Shown here: positions 28,678-40,143 of the stretch, piece by piece
Layout of the letters: each line of letters opens with the position of its first letter
Position numbering within the stretch: the first letter of the stretch is position 1
Origin: Nitrospirota bacterium
GTDB taxonomy: Bacteria; Nitrospirota; UBA9217
Direction of reading: 5' to 3'
Assembly: GCA_963754875.1 (NCBI GenBank)
Contig: CAVWHO010000020.1
Location: forward strand, 1 to 64,000
Length of the DNA: 64,000 nt
Made by a program: the position numbers and the translations under genes
The notes under the pieces: model-generated
What the model was told of the DNA's origin: nothing
Databases searched by the model: none
The model's input: only the letters and a program-made list of their open reading frames with translations

Positions 28678-29538
28678 ATGACAAAAATGATTGACAAACC
28701 ATCGAGAAGCCACGGCACGAAGCTTCGCGGGAAACGTTCAAACAACGCGCGTCCGCCCGCAGCGGGAACCACCGTCCCTTCCCAGATATTGATCGTTGAC
28801 GAGGACAAGGGGTACGTCGAAAGCCTTTCCGACGCATACCGGGTCGTCGCGGTTGAGACCGGCCGGGTTGCGATCGAGCGGGTGAAACGGCGCAGCGACA
28901 TCGATCTCGCGGTCATCGAATACCGGCTGTCCGACATGTCCGGCATCGACGTCATGAAAGAGATCAAGGACGTTGAGCCCTCGATTCTCGTCATCATCGC
29001 CACGGCATATGGCGACGAGGAGGTGGCGGTCGAGGCGTTCAGGAGCGGCGCCCGCGACTACCTGAAGAAGCCCTTCAGCATATCCGAGCTTTCCACGAAG
29101 ATAGATTTCTATCTCGCGCTCAGGCAGGCGGACAAACAGCGCAGAAAGAACATCCTTCCGGGGTCCGATACGCGCGCAGAGCCGGGAGGACCGCCTCCTG
29201 CCGTCACCCTCAGCCAGTACCATAAGATCCAGCAGGCCGTTCGTTTTATCAACGACAACTACCGAACCGACATCCGTCTCGACGCCGTTGCGCGCGAAGC
29301 CGGAATGTCGCCTTCCCACTTTTCGAGGATCTTCAAGAAGGTGATGGATTTGTCCTATCAGGATTATCTCAATAACCGCAGAATCACGAAAGCCAAGAAC
29401 CTCCTTCGCACCAGCGCCCAGAACGTCGCCGAAATCGCCATCTCCCTCGGTTTTGCCGACCCGACCGGCTTCGGCAGAAATTTCAAGAAGCTGACCGGCC
29501 AGACGCCTTCCGCCTACAGAAGCCTGCCCCAGAAGTGA
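28678..29538 (+). CDS. Receiver + AraC HTH transcriptional regulator (YesN-like) with atypical receiver
   Basis: ILIVDED...DLAVIEYRLSDMSG...TAYG...DYLKKPF; AraC: MSPSHFSRIFKK...LGFADPTGFGRNFKKLTGQTPSAYR. Confidence 0.9.
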   Translation: MTKMIDKPSRSHGTKLRGKRSNNARPPAAGTTVPSQILIVDEDKGYVESLSDAYRVVAVETGRVAIERVKRRSDIDLAVIEYRLSDMSGIDVMKEIKDVEPSILVIIATAYGDEEVAVEAFRSGARDYLKKPFSISELSTKIDFYLALRQADKQRRKNILPGSDTRAEPGGPPPAVTLSQYHKIQQAVRFINDNYRTDIRLDAVAREAGMSPSHFSRIFKKVMDLSYQDYLNNRRITKAKNLLRTSAQNVAEIAISLGFADPTGFGRNFKKLTGQTPSAYRSLPQK

Positions 29539-30736
29539 TTTTTCTTCACCAAAAAGCATAAGAAGCCGTGAGAATGTCATAAAAAGCCGAGACAGGAGCG
29601 ATCGATCTCTGTTAGTGTTATCCCGTTGCGGACTTTCTTGATATGGCAGCAGACCCTGCCGAGAAAAGGGTGAAGGGGTAGAGGGTCGTGGAGGGCGGCT
29701 CGCAGCCGGTTCTCGAAGGCTGTCGCCAATCCCGCGACACCGGTGATTTCTTAAAACAGATCATGTCACAGCCTATGAAAAAGAAAGAAAAGCACGCGAT
29801 GTGTTCCAACCGAAAAGCCTGGTGGGAGGGTTTCCTTTCCGGCATCGACGTCATGAAAGAGATCAAGGACGTTGAGCCCTCGATTCTCATCATCATCGCC
29901 ACGGCAAATGGCGACGAGGAGGGGGCGGTCGAGGCGTTCAGGAGCGGCGCCCGCGACTACCTGAAGAAGCCCTTCAGCATATCCGAGCTTTCCACGAAGA
30001 TCGACTTCTCTCTCGATCTCCAGCAGGCGGACAAACAGAGCAGAAAGAACATCCTTCCGGGGTCCGATACGCGCGCAGAGCCGGGAGGACCGCCTCCTGC
30101 CGTCACCCTCGGCCAGTACCATAAGATCCAGCAGGCCGTTCGTTTTATCAACGACAACTACCGAACCGACATCCGTCTCGACGCCGTTGCGCGCGAAGCC
30201 GGAATGTCGCCTTCCCACTTTTCGAGGATCTTCAAGAAGGTGATGGATTTGTCCTATCAGGATTATCTCAATAACCGCAGAATCACGAAAGCCAAGAACC
30301 TCCTCCGCACCAGCGCACAGAGCGTAGCCGAAATCGCCACCTCCCTCGGTTTTGCCGATTCGACCGGCTTCGGCAGAAATTTCAAGAAGCTGACCGGCCA
30401 GACGCCTTCCGCTTACAGAAGCCTGCCCCGATAGCGATTTTCTTTACCAAAAAGCATAAAAAGCCGAGAGCATGTCATAAAAAGCCGAGACAGGAGCGAT
30501 CGGTCTCTGTTAGTGTTATCCCATTGCGAACTTTCCCGATCACGGCAGCAGATCCTGCCGAGGAAGAAAGTGAAGAGGGTGGACGGTCGTGGAGGCGGAA
30601 CATCGCGGTCTCGGAAGCCGTCATCCATCCCGCGACACCAGTGATTTCTCACAACGGATTATGTCACGACCTATGAGGCAAGAGGAAAAGCATTGGATGC
30701 GTTCGAACCGGAAGACCTGCAAGCGGGGACATCTTC
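28939..30736 (+). repeat. Tandem duplication, ~899-bp period
   Basis: TCCGGCATCGACGTCATG at 28939 and 29838; coding parts nearly identical, downstream parts alignable but more diverged. Confidence 0.92.
29799..30434 (+). CDS. N-terminally truncated, chimeric copy of the AraC regulator
   Basis: Near-identical to the first copy from SGIDVMKE onward; lacks first half of receiver; start uncertain (29688-29799). Confidence 0.7.
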   Translation: MCSNRKAWWEGFLSGIDVMKEIKDVEPSILIIIATANGDEEGAVEAFRSGARDYLKKPFSISELSTKIDFSLDLQQADKQSRKNILPGSDTRAEPGGPPPAVTLGQYHKIQQAVRFINDNYRTDIRLDAVAREAGMSPSHFSRIFKKVMDLSYQDYLNNRRITKAKNLLRTSAQSVAEIATSLGFADSTGFGRNFKKLTGQTPSAYRSLPR

Positions 30737-33700
30737 TCAACGGTGCCGACAAGGACAGTACTCGCGGGCGGTGTTTTTTTGATGAGAGATTCGCAAAAAC
30801 AGAAAGGCCGCGTCAAGGCGAACGGAACGATGGAGCGGTTAATTCGTTGAAGACGAAATTGTTGTCAGTTGTTGCGATGCATCTGGTCCGATCGGCAGCG
30901 GCCCTCGTCGTCCTGCTGCTGACTGTCAGCGCGGCGTTTGCCGCTCCCTGCGACATTAAGAACAATGCTCCTCCATTCATTACCCATGACCTGACCGCGA
31001 ACGCAGGCACGAGCGCAAGCTATAGCGAGCTCTGTGGGTACGGCTACGTCACGATTGTCATTGCGAACCCCTACTCCGGCGCGACGATGTCAAACATGAC
31101 GGTTGCGGAGAACCTGGGCAGTTCGGGGCTGACCTACGATCCGACCGCGCCGACGCCCATGAGGTACAGCGTCAACGGCGGCCCCGCAGTGGCCGGCACA
31201 GCCCCAAGTATCAGCGGCGGCGGTTCAGTGTTGACCTGGATCCCAGCCCAGATTCCGGCCCTGAGCAGCCTGGCCTCGGCCCCTGGGCAGGGAAACAGCG
31301 TACAAACCATTGCTCTTACGTTTGCTGTTCGGCGCGTCGCCGGTCCGGAGGGTTTAGTCAGCGCGAGCCGCACCATCCAGGCGACCCTGACCTTCAGTAC
31401 CGACTCCGGCTGCACCGACTCACCGCAGAGCGCGACGGACACCCTGCCGCTGCGCGAGCCGCTCCCCAGCGTGACAAAGACCGGTTGGAATTACGACGCG
31501 AACCAGCGCGAGGGGAGCCGCAGCAACCCGGTGTACGGCAATAACAACGACGATGTCGTCTGGCGCATCGACGTCAACAACACCGGGCTCGCGGGCCTCC
31601 AAGACCTGCGCTTCGACGACGTCATGCAGGCGAACAATCTCGTCGTCAATTACGCATGCCCAACGGCCGCAAGCGCCAATGCCATTGCCGCCAACAACGG
31701 TTTGCTGCCCGGCGGGTCCCCCTGTGTCGCCGCAAGCAACACCATCAATGACTTCATCGTTACGAATCCCTTTGGCGACATGGCCACTTCACCGGACGGC
31801 TACGAAGTGGATGTCGTTGCCGGCGGCACCGCTTCCTTCTATCTCGTCGGTAAGATCACGGCTGACGGCTCCTGCGTAAGCAGCAAGTCCAACACGGTGA
31901 GCGACATTCAGTGGGGTTGTGGAGCGCAGCCGCCCGCCGGGGGCATTACCGCTACGTCTACCGGCATTACGCCGGGGGCGGTGGCGACCTTGTACACGAT
32001 GTATGGCGACCGGGCCCCCCTTACGGTGCAGCGCGCGATCACGGGCATCAATACAACGCAGCCGGTGGGCAGCAAAGGGTTGGTGACCATTACCATCACC
32101 AACAACTCGGGCGGCACGGTCAAGAACATCAGGCTGACGGACCTTCTTCCGCCCGAGTACGTTATTGACCCCACGTACTGGGCAGGCGGGTTTGCCAAAG
32201 CCCTGCAGGTGCGGGCCGCTGCCTTTGGCGTCAACACGATTCAACCTGCCTACGGCAGCTATCCCGGAATGATCGATCAGATCACCTGGGCCGATCCAGC
32301 GCCGGGTACGTTGACGTCCACCGACCCTGCCGTACCTCTGTCGAATACGCAGCCAATATTCATATTAACCAGCACGACGGCCAACCCGAATTATCCCAAC
32401 CAGATCAACATGTTGCGTGAAGGCGACGTCTTGACGGTGACTTTTCCCATCGTTCTTGTCAAATCGTCCTTTTATGACAAAGTCGCGAACCTGGATGTCC
32501 GCACCGAGGCCCCGAACAGCGATCCGCCCGGAACCGATCCGGCCAATCAGACAACGTTAACGAACACACTCACGGTTGAGTATGACACCTTCTGCACTAC
32601 GCAAGGCCACCAGACCCGTTCCTTCACCGACAACAGACCGGCTTTCCCGGAGGACCTGGATGTCGATATCGTCGGTTCAGAGCTGATCTTCATTCTCACC
32701 AATGATCCGACACAGCCGCTGCCCTTGACGGTCGCTGTCACGAACAACGGTGGCCACGATGCGAGCAACAACAACGACAGGAGTCAATACCATACCTATG
32801 TTTCTTTCGGGCAGGGCATGGTCGTTTCTTCGGCGCCGGCCGGCTGCACGAGGACAACAAACCCTCCGCCGTTACCTGTCTGGACGCTTCCTTCACCCAT
32901 ACCGAACACAGCCGCGATTTATGACTGCACCGGAGGGAGGATAGCCCCCGGCGCGACCGTCAATTACGGCTTTCAGGTCATCAAGAACACCGATCCCAGC
33001 GCGGCCGACGATCTGACGTTCCGCGCGGACACGGTCGGGCAAATCAGGTTATGGGACGGCACGCCGCTGTGGTTCCCGGCGCCGACCCCGCGACCAGACG
33101 GCATCACCGATCGCGCGAACAACTATACGCTCGACGGCATACGCGCGCGCGTCATCGGCTTCAATCTATTGAAGTCCGAGTACGGGACCTGCACGGAGAA
33201 TAATCCGCCGCCCTCGCTGCCCGATCGTCTGGTGCAGATCGGTGAGGACTGCACGTTCCACATCGATACCGGCGGCTGGTTCGGCTTCAAGACCCCGGGT
33301 TTTACCTATATTGCGGTCCAGAAGATTCAGGTCGTCGATCAAGTGCCCGCAGGACAGGGATACCTATCTTCCACGGATCCCTATGCGAACATCGACCCCT
33401 ACGGCAGCACGACCAGCGCCATCAAAAGCATCGGCCTGAACAAGGGGACGAGTCTTGCGCCGCCACCACCCCAGCCCCTGGATGAGGGATGGTTTAACTG
33501 GACGTTCAACCAGGCCGTTCCCGCGGAGCGCATCACCGTCAAGGACGAGTGGTTCCGAGTCAATGTGACAGACCGCATCATGAATGACCCGATCAATGTC
33601 AGCGCGGCACCGAATCAGCACGCCGCGCTCAGCAGCAACGTCCTCAATTCATATTTTCAGGCCGTCTTCTTCAATCCCAACACGAACCAGGAGGAAGTGT

Positions 33701-36700
33701 ATGACCTGGGGCCCAACACCGTGGGTTACCCGCACGAGGCGGCGCGAAGGGTCGACCTGACTATCCAGGAGCCAAAGCTGTCGATCGTCAAGGAGGTCTG
33801 TAACGAAGCGCTCTACGGCGTAGGTCCGGCGTGCAGCCACTTCGTGCCGCTGGCCGATGACGGTGATGCCTACGACTCCTACGTCTACCGCCTCACGCTC
33901 ACCAACGAAGCAAGCAGCAACGGCGTCCCGCGCGCACCGGCTTACGATGTCTCCACCACCGACATCCTCGACCCGAGCGATTTGGCCTATGTCGTCCCGT
34001 TCAACAGCGATGGCCTGGACAACGACGGCGACGGGCTGATCGACGGCGCAGACACGGACGGCGAGGGCGCGATCACGACTGACGACGTGGTCAAGAACGG
34101 GGTGCCGGCGACCATCCAGTTTTCGTATACCAACAGCAAACCCTTGCTGCGTATCGATGCGGGAAAGTCCGTCACGCTCTATTACCGCGTCGACTACGAC
34201 GACAGCGCTGCTCCGCTGCAGCAGTTCGTCAACAAGGCGAAGGCGACGTACGACAGCCTCGAGGGGCCGTCCGGTCACCAAAATGCGCCGCAGCGATTGA
34301 ACGGCGACAAGGGCGGCGCACGGGTGTATGAGTCCGCCGAAGCCTCCGCGACGGTCAAGATCATTCCCGTTTTGACGCAGCCGAAAAAAATCGTCGCCAC
34401 GTCCAACACCCCGCTGAGCGGCACCAGCCCGCAGGGGGCGTCGATCGGTGAGGAGATCAAATACGAGTTCACCACCTCGATCCCGGTCGCGCAATTGCGT
34501 AACTTCGTGGTCCGTGATGAATTGCCCGTCGGCATACGGTGCACCGAGGCCCCGGTCGTCAATCTGAGCGCAGCGCCGTATTCCGATGCCGGCTTCGTGC
34601 CCGGCGGGACGATTACGCCGACCTGCACCAACAACGTCGTACAGTGGAACTTCGGCGATCAACAGGTCACGAAGGGGACGACCAACAACCGGTACGACTT
34701 CAAGATTTCGTTCATCGCACGAGTCGAGAACACGACCAACACCAACAGCGGGGGCCTGATTCGCAACGGCGGCAGCGCGACCAACGTGACCGCGAGCTAC
34801 GTCGATCAAGCCGGGCAGCAGGTGGTGCTCACGTACGGCGAGGCGGCGGTGGTCGTGCAGGAGCCGAGGATCACGCTCACCAAGGCGTTCTCAGTTGCAA
34901 GCGGCGATGCCGGCGACATCGTGACCGTGACCGTGACGGCCGCCAACTCGGGCACGGCAACCGCTTACAACCTCCGGGTGCTGGATGACCTCGCGGCTGT
35001 CAAGGATCTGATCTATGTGGCGGGGAGCACGGGCGGCACTGATCCGCCTGATAGTGTCGATGCGACCACGCTCGGCGCCAATCGCCCGATCTTTCGCTGG
35101 AACCTGTCCGACCCGAAGTACGCGATCGCTCCGGGAGCGGCCCGAAGTTTCACGTTCAAGGTTCGCATCGATACCACGGCACAGCCGCTCGAAGATTTTG
35201 AACAACACCATTCAAGCGAGCTGGCAATCCCTGCCGAGCCAGGCTACGGCGTTGAACAGCACCGGGAAAATAGGCGCGGATGGCGGAGACATGGGAATGC
35301 GCAACGGCGCCTTGCCCAACATCGGCAACGCCATCAACGATTACGAAACGACCGCCAGCGCCTCATTATCGGTGCCTGCCGTCCAGATAACGAAAACGGA
35401 CTTGTCGTTGTCCGTCGTTCCCGCCATCGGCGCGCAGAAGCAGTTCCAGATCGAGTTCCGGCTGCCGGAGGGCACGACCAGGAATCTGGCAATCACCGAC
35501 AACTTGGCCGCGACGGGTCTGAGTTACGTGCTCGCGAACAATGGCAGTTACGACATCACCTACGAATTCGCGGGTATCGCGAGCATCAATGGCCGGACGC
35601 CGGTTGAGGCGTCCTTCCTATCCTTCCCGGCCGACAACACCTCCGGCAACGCGATATGGAACATCGGCACGGTGGTCACTGCCACCGAGGATGACACGGT
35701 CTCCAACACGCTGAATCCGGTCATTCGCATCAAGTATTACGCACGGGCCAATAACGATCTCCAGACCCAGGCAGGCGGTACGCTGCAGAACTCTGTCAGC
35801 GTTACTTTTACGAACGGCGCGACCGGAACGACGCAAACGCTGACCGGCTCCACGTCGCCCGTTACCGTGGTAGAACCGAAACTGACGCTCACCAAGACCG
35901 CAGCCAACATGACGCCGGGCAAACAACCGGGCGATGTGGCCGTGGGGGGCGACATCCTCGAATACCGTGTTACGGCGACCAATGCCGGCAACTCAACGGC
36001 CTTCGACGTCAATGTGAAAGACACGCTGCCGCCCGGGCTCGCGTGGTATTCCGGTTTTGCGCCGACGGCAACGATCAACGGCGTCTCCGTGAGCGGGTTC
36101 GTCCCGACACCCGCCGGTGCGCCGAACGGTCCGCTCATCTGGGGGCAGGGCAACGGCGACGGGAGCCTCGACATCCCCGACGGCCAGACCCTGATACTCA
36201 CGTATCGTGCCACCGTCGTTGTGGCCAATAGCCAGATCGAAAACGGCGTTCTTGCTGACTGGACCTCGCTCGACGGCCCGAGCCCCTATGAAAGAACCGG
36301 TGCGGGCTGCCCGAATGTCACGCCGCCCAATGTCTACTGCGTGGGGCCAGCGTCCGCGACTACGCTCGGCGTGCAACCCGTGCTGGTATTCCAGAAGACC
36401 GTTACGAACGCGACGCCGGGCAAGCAACCGGGCTCGATCGTCACTCCCGGCGATACGCTGCGGTACCAAATTCTGATTAAGAACATCAGCACGGCCCCTG
36501 TCAGCAATTTTTCGATCGTCGACGAGCCGGACAGGCTGAACGCCACCCCGATGTTCGTCCCGGGCACGCTGCAACTCGTCACCGTGCCCTTGGGGGCGAA
36601 TACCTCGAACACCAACCCGACCGGCGGTACCAAGGGGACAGGGCTCATTGACATTCGTAACCTCAGTATCTCGGCCGCGGGCGGGTCGAATGACACGATC

Positions 36701-39700
36701 GTCATCGAGTTCGATGTGAAGCTTGCGCCCGTGATCACGAACGGGACGGTCGTGCTGAATCAGGCGCAGTTGATGGTGTCCGGCTTCCTGTTCGGCAACA
36801 GCGACGATCCCAACGTCAACGGCGTCGACAACCCCGCGATACAGGGCGACGAAGATCCGACGCGCACGGTTATATCCTCCGCACCGGCTTTCCGCATCCA
36901 GAAGACGGCGCAGGATATGACGGGAGATCCGGCCGTGCTGATGACGGGGGATACCGTGCGCTACACCATCACGATCAAGAACATCGGCACCGAGAACGCG
37001 ACGGGCGTCACCCTGCGCGATCTGATTCCGGCGAACACGACCTACGTCGCCAACACCACGACGCTGGACGGATCGGCCGTCGCGGACCCCGCACCCGGTG
37101 TTTCGCCGCTGCAAAACGGCATGTTGGTGCACGCACCCGAAGACGCTACCTCGGGCGCCATGCGCGCCGACGCCACCTCGACCTCGAGCAATGTCGCAAC
37201 CATCACGTTCGATGTCGTCGTCGGTCCGAATCTCCTTAACGGCGCGGCCATCTGTAACCAGGGCTTCGTGAGCGGCTCGGGATCGGGCAGCGGCCCCTTT
37301 CCCGAACAGCCGTCCGATAATCCGGCCACGCCGGCGACCAATGATACGACCTGCAAAGTGCTTGGCAACATGCCGCTCGTGTACGCGCAGAAAACCGTGC
37401 AGCTCGCCGTCGACAACGGATCGCCGGGCGTCGTCGATCCGGGCGACGTGCTGCGCTACACCATAACGGTCAGCAACTCGGGGGCGACGCCGGCGACGAA
37501 CGTCGTGCTGACGGATATTGTGCCCCCGAACACGACCTACGTTGCCAACTCCGCAACGCAGAACGGCGCGGCAGTGCCCGATACCGGCGGCTCGCCGCTC
37601 GCCTCCGGTCTTCCCATTAGTTCTTCAAACCTGACGCCGCCGCTGCCGGGAGCCGGCGCCGGCACGTTGTCACCCGGCGCCGCAGCGACCATCACCTTCA
37701 ACGTCCAGGTCAACGCGGGGGTCGCGTCGGGGACGATCATCAGTAACCAGGGCAGTGTTGCCACCAACGAATTGCCTGCGCAGCTCACCGACGCCGACGG
37801 TGATCCATCCAACGGTTATCAGCCGACGCTCGTCGTGGTCGGAAGCGGCCAACAGCTCACAATCACCAAGCAAGTCGCTGTCGTCGGCGGCGGGGCCGCC
37901 GCAGTCGGCGCCGAGCTCGAATACGTGGTGCGCGTAACCAATATCAGCGTCACGGCGGCGACCAACGTAGTGATCACCGATGCCCTGCCCGGCCAACTTT
38001 CGTATGAGCCGGGATCGGCAGCGCTGAACGGGTCGAGCGCCGGGATCACGGTCGCAGGCCCGGTCATCACCGCGGACTATTCGTCGGTCTACGGCAGCCT
38101 GCCCTCGAACGGTACCGTGGTCCTCCGGTTCCGCGCCCGGATCGTGTCGGGCTCGATCGGCACAACGGTGACCAATACGGCGCAGGTCACGTGGAACACG
38201 CCGAGCCAGAGCGCCTCGGCCAGCGCTTCCGTGGATATCGGCGGTACGCCCGGCAGCGCAATGCTGAACGGCCGTGCGTGGCACGACGCGAACTTCAACA
38301 ATACCTTTGACAACGGTGAAAGGGCGCTTGTGGGCTGGACGGTTCAGGTCTATCGGAACAGCCAGCTGCTGGGGAGCGTGCTGACCGACGGCAGCGGCGC
38401 GTACGGCGTGAGCGGCCTCGCACCCACGACAACGGGCACCGATCTGTACGAAGTCCGGTTCCGCGCGCCCGGTGCAACCACGAGCACGGCGTTGCTCGGC
38501 CTCGCCGACTCGGCGTTCACCAACAGCCTGCAACGGATCTCCGGCATCACGGCTGCTTCGGGCAGCAATCTTCAAAACCTGAATCTGCCGATCGATCCGG
38601 ACGGCGTGGTCTACAACGCGATCCTGCGCACGCCGGTTGCCGGAGGCGCCGTAACCATGGTGCGGGCATCGACGAACAGTGCGCTTCCGGCAAGCTGTTT
38701 CGATGATCCGGCGCAGCAGGACCAGGTGACGCTCGCGCAGGGCTACTACAAGTTCGATCTGAACTTCAGCGACCCCTCCTGTCCATCGGGGGCCGACTAC
38801 GTCATTCGCGTCACACCGCCGGCGAATGGGTACGGCCCCATGCCTTCGCGCATTATTGCGCCCGCGACGAGCGACGCCACCGCGCCGTTTTCGGTCCCGG
38901 GATGCCCCGGCAGCGCCAACGATGCCATTCCGGCGACGGCGTCGTACTGCGAAGCGCAGCCGTCCGAGTTCGCTCCGGCGACGAGCGTCCCTGCGGGTTC
39001 GGTGGGTACGAAGTACTACCTGCACTTCACGCTCAGCAACCCCGCCGAGGGCGACAGCCAGCTCTTCGATAATCACATTCCCGTAGATCCGCCGTTGAAC
39101 ACCGCGGTCGCGATCACGAAAACGGCGTCGCTGCTCAATGTGACGCGCGGACAAATGGTACCGTACACGATCACGGTCAAGAACACGTTGGGTGCGCCGT
39201 TCCCGAACGTGACTATCGTCGACACCTTCCCGCCCGGCTTCAAATACGTCGACGGTTCAGCCCGTTACGACGGCAACCCGCTCGAACCGGTGAAGACCAT
39301 GCGCGACTTACGTTGGGAAAATCTGCAGCTCACCAGTGAGGAGCAGCACGCGATCAGACTACTGCTCGTCCCGGGCGCGGGGGTAAAGGAAGGCAACTAC
39401 GTCAACAACGCCCAGGTAACGACCGGCTTGACGGGCGAAGCCGTGTCCGCCCTGGCGTCGGCGACGGTCCGCATCGTGGCCGACCCAACCTTCGACTGCA
39501 CGGACATCATCGGCAAGGTGTTTGACGATGACAACGCCGACGGCTACCCCGACCGCGGCGAGAAAGGCCTGGGTGGCGTGCGGATCGTGAGTGCGCGCGG
39601 TCTCATTGCGACAACGGACAAATACGGCCGCTTCCACATCACCTGCGCTGCGGTCCCCGATGAGGATCGGGGCAGCAACTTCATCCTGAAGCTCGATGAC

Positions 39701-40087
39701 CGCACCCTGCCGACGGGGTACCGCATCACCACCGAGAACCCGCTTGTGCGACGCCTGACCCGCGGCAAGGCGATCAAATACAACTTCGGCGCGACGCTGC
39801 ATCGCGTCGTGAGCCTGGACATTGCGGACGGCGTGTTCGAGCCCGGGTCCACGGAGATGCGGCCGCAATGGAAGCCGAGAATCGAGATGTTGTTGAACGA
39901 ATTGCACAAGGCGCCGGCTGTACTCCGTATCTCGTACCTCGCGGATCTGGAGGATCCGAGCGTTGTGAAGGCTCGCACGGAGGCGGTCAAGCGTGAAATC
40001 GAGAAGCGATGGAAGCAGGGAAGCTACGAATTGACGATCGAAACGGAGATCTTCTGGCGGCGGGGCGGGCCTCCTACAAAAAAGTGA
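30697..40087 (+). CDS. Giant secreted DUF11 / isopeptide-type Ig-like repeat protein (~3100 aa) with SdrD-B-like domains; one frameshift near 35193
   Basis: Repeated xxxKT...GDxLxYxIxxxNxG...xDxLP units; signal-like VVLLLTVSAAFA; removing one A from CTCGAAGATTTTG joins ORFs 30589-35607 and 35015-40087 (QPLEILNNTI); start uncertain (30697 or 30877). Confidence 0.85.
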
Positions 40088-40143
40088 ACTGCGGGCAATA
40101 ACGTGTCGCCGTCAAGATGCCTCATTAGGGGAAATTAAGGGGA

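Noticed and set aside
28939..30434. Near-identical repeat pair as DGR template/variable repeat
   Set aside because: Differences are not restricted to adenines in either copy, the repeat is far longer than a TR, and no DGR-type RT is present
35185..35205. Programmed frameshift or phase-variation tract in the giant gene
   Set aside because: No slippery heptamer or long homopolymer; a single extra base like those at 51.5-55.2 kb
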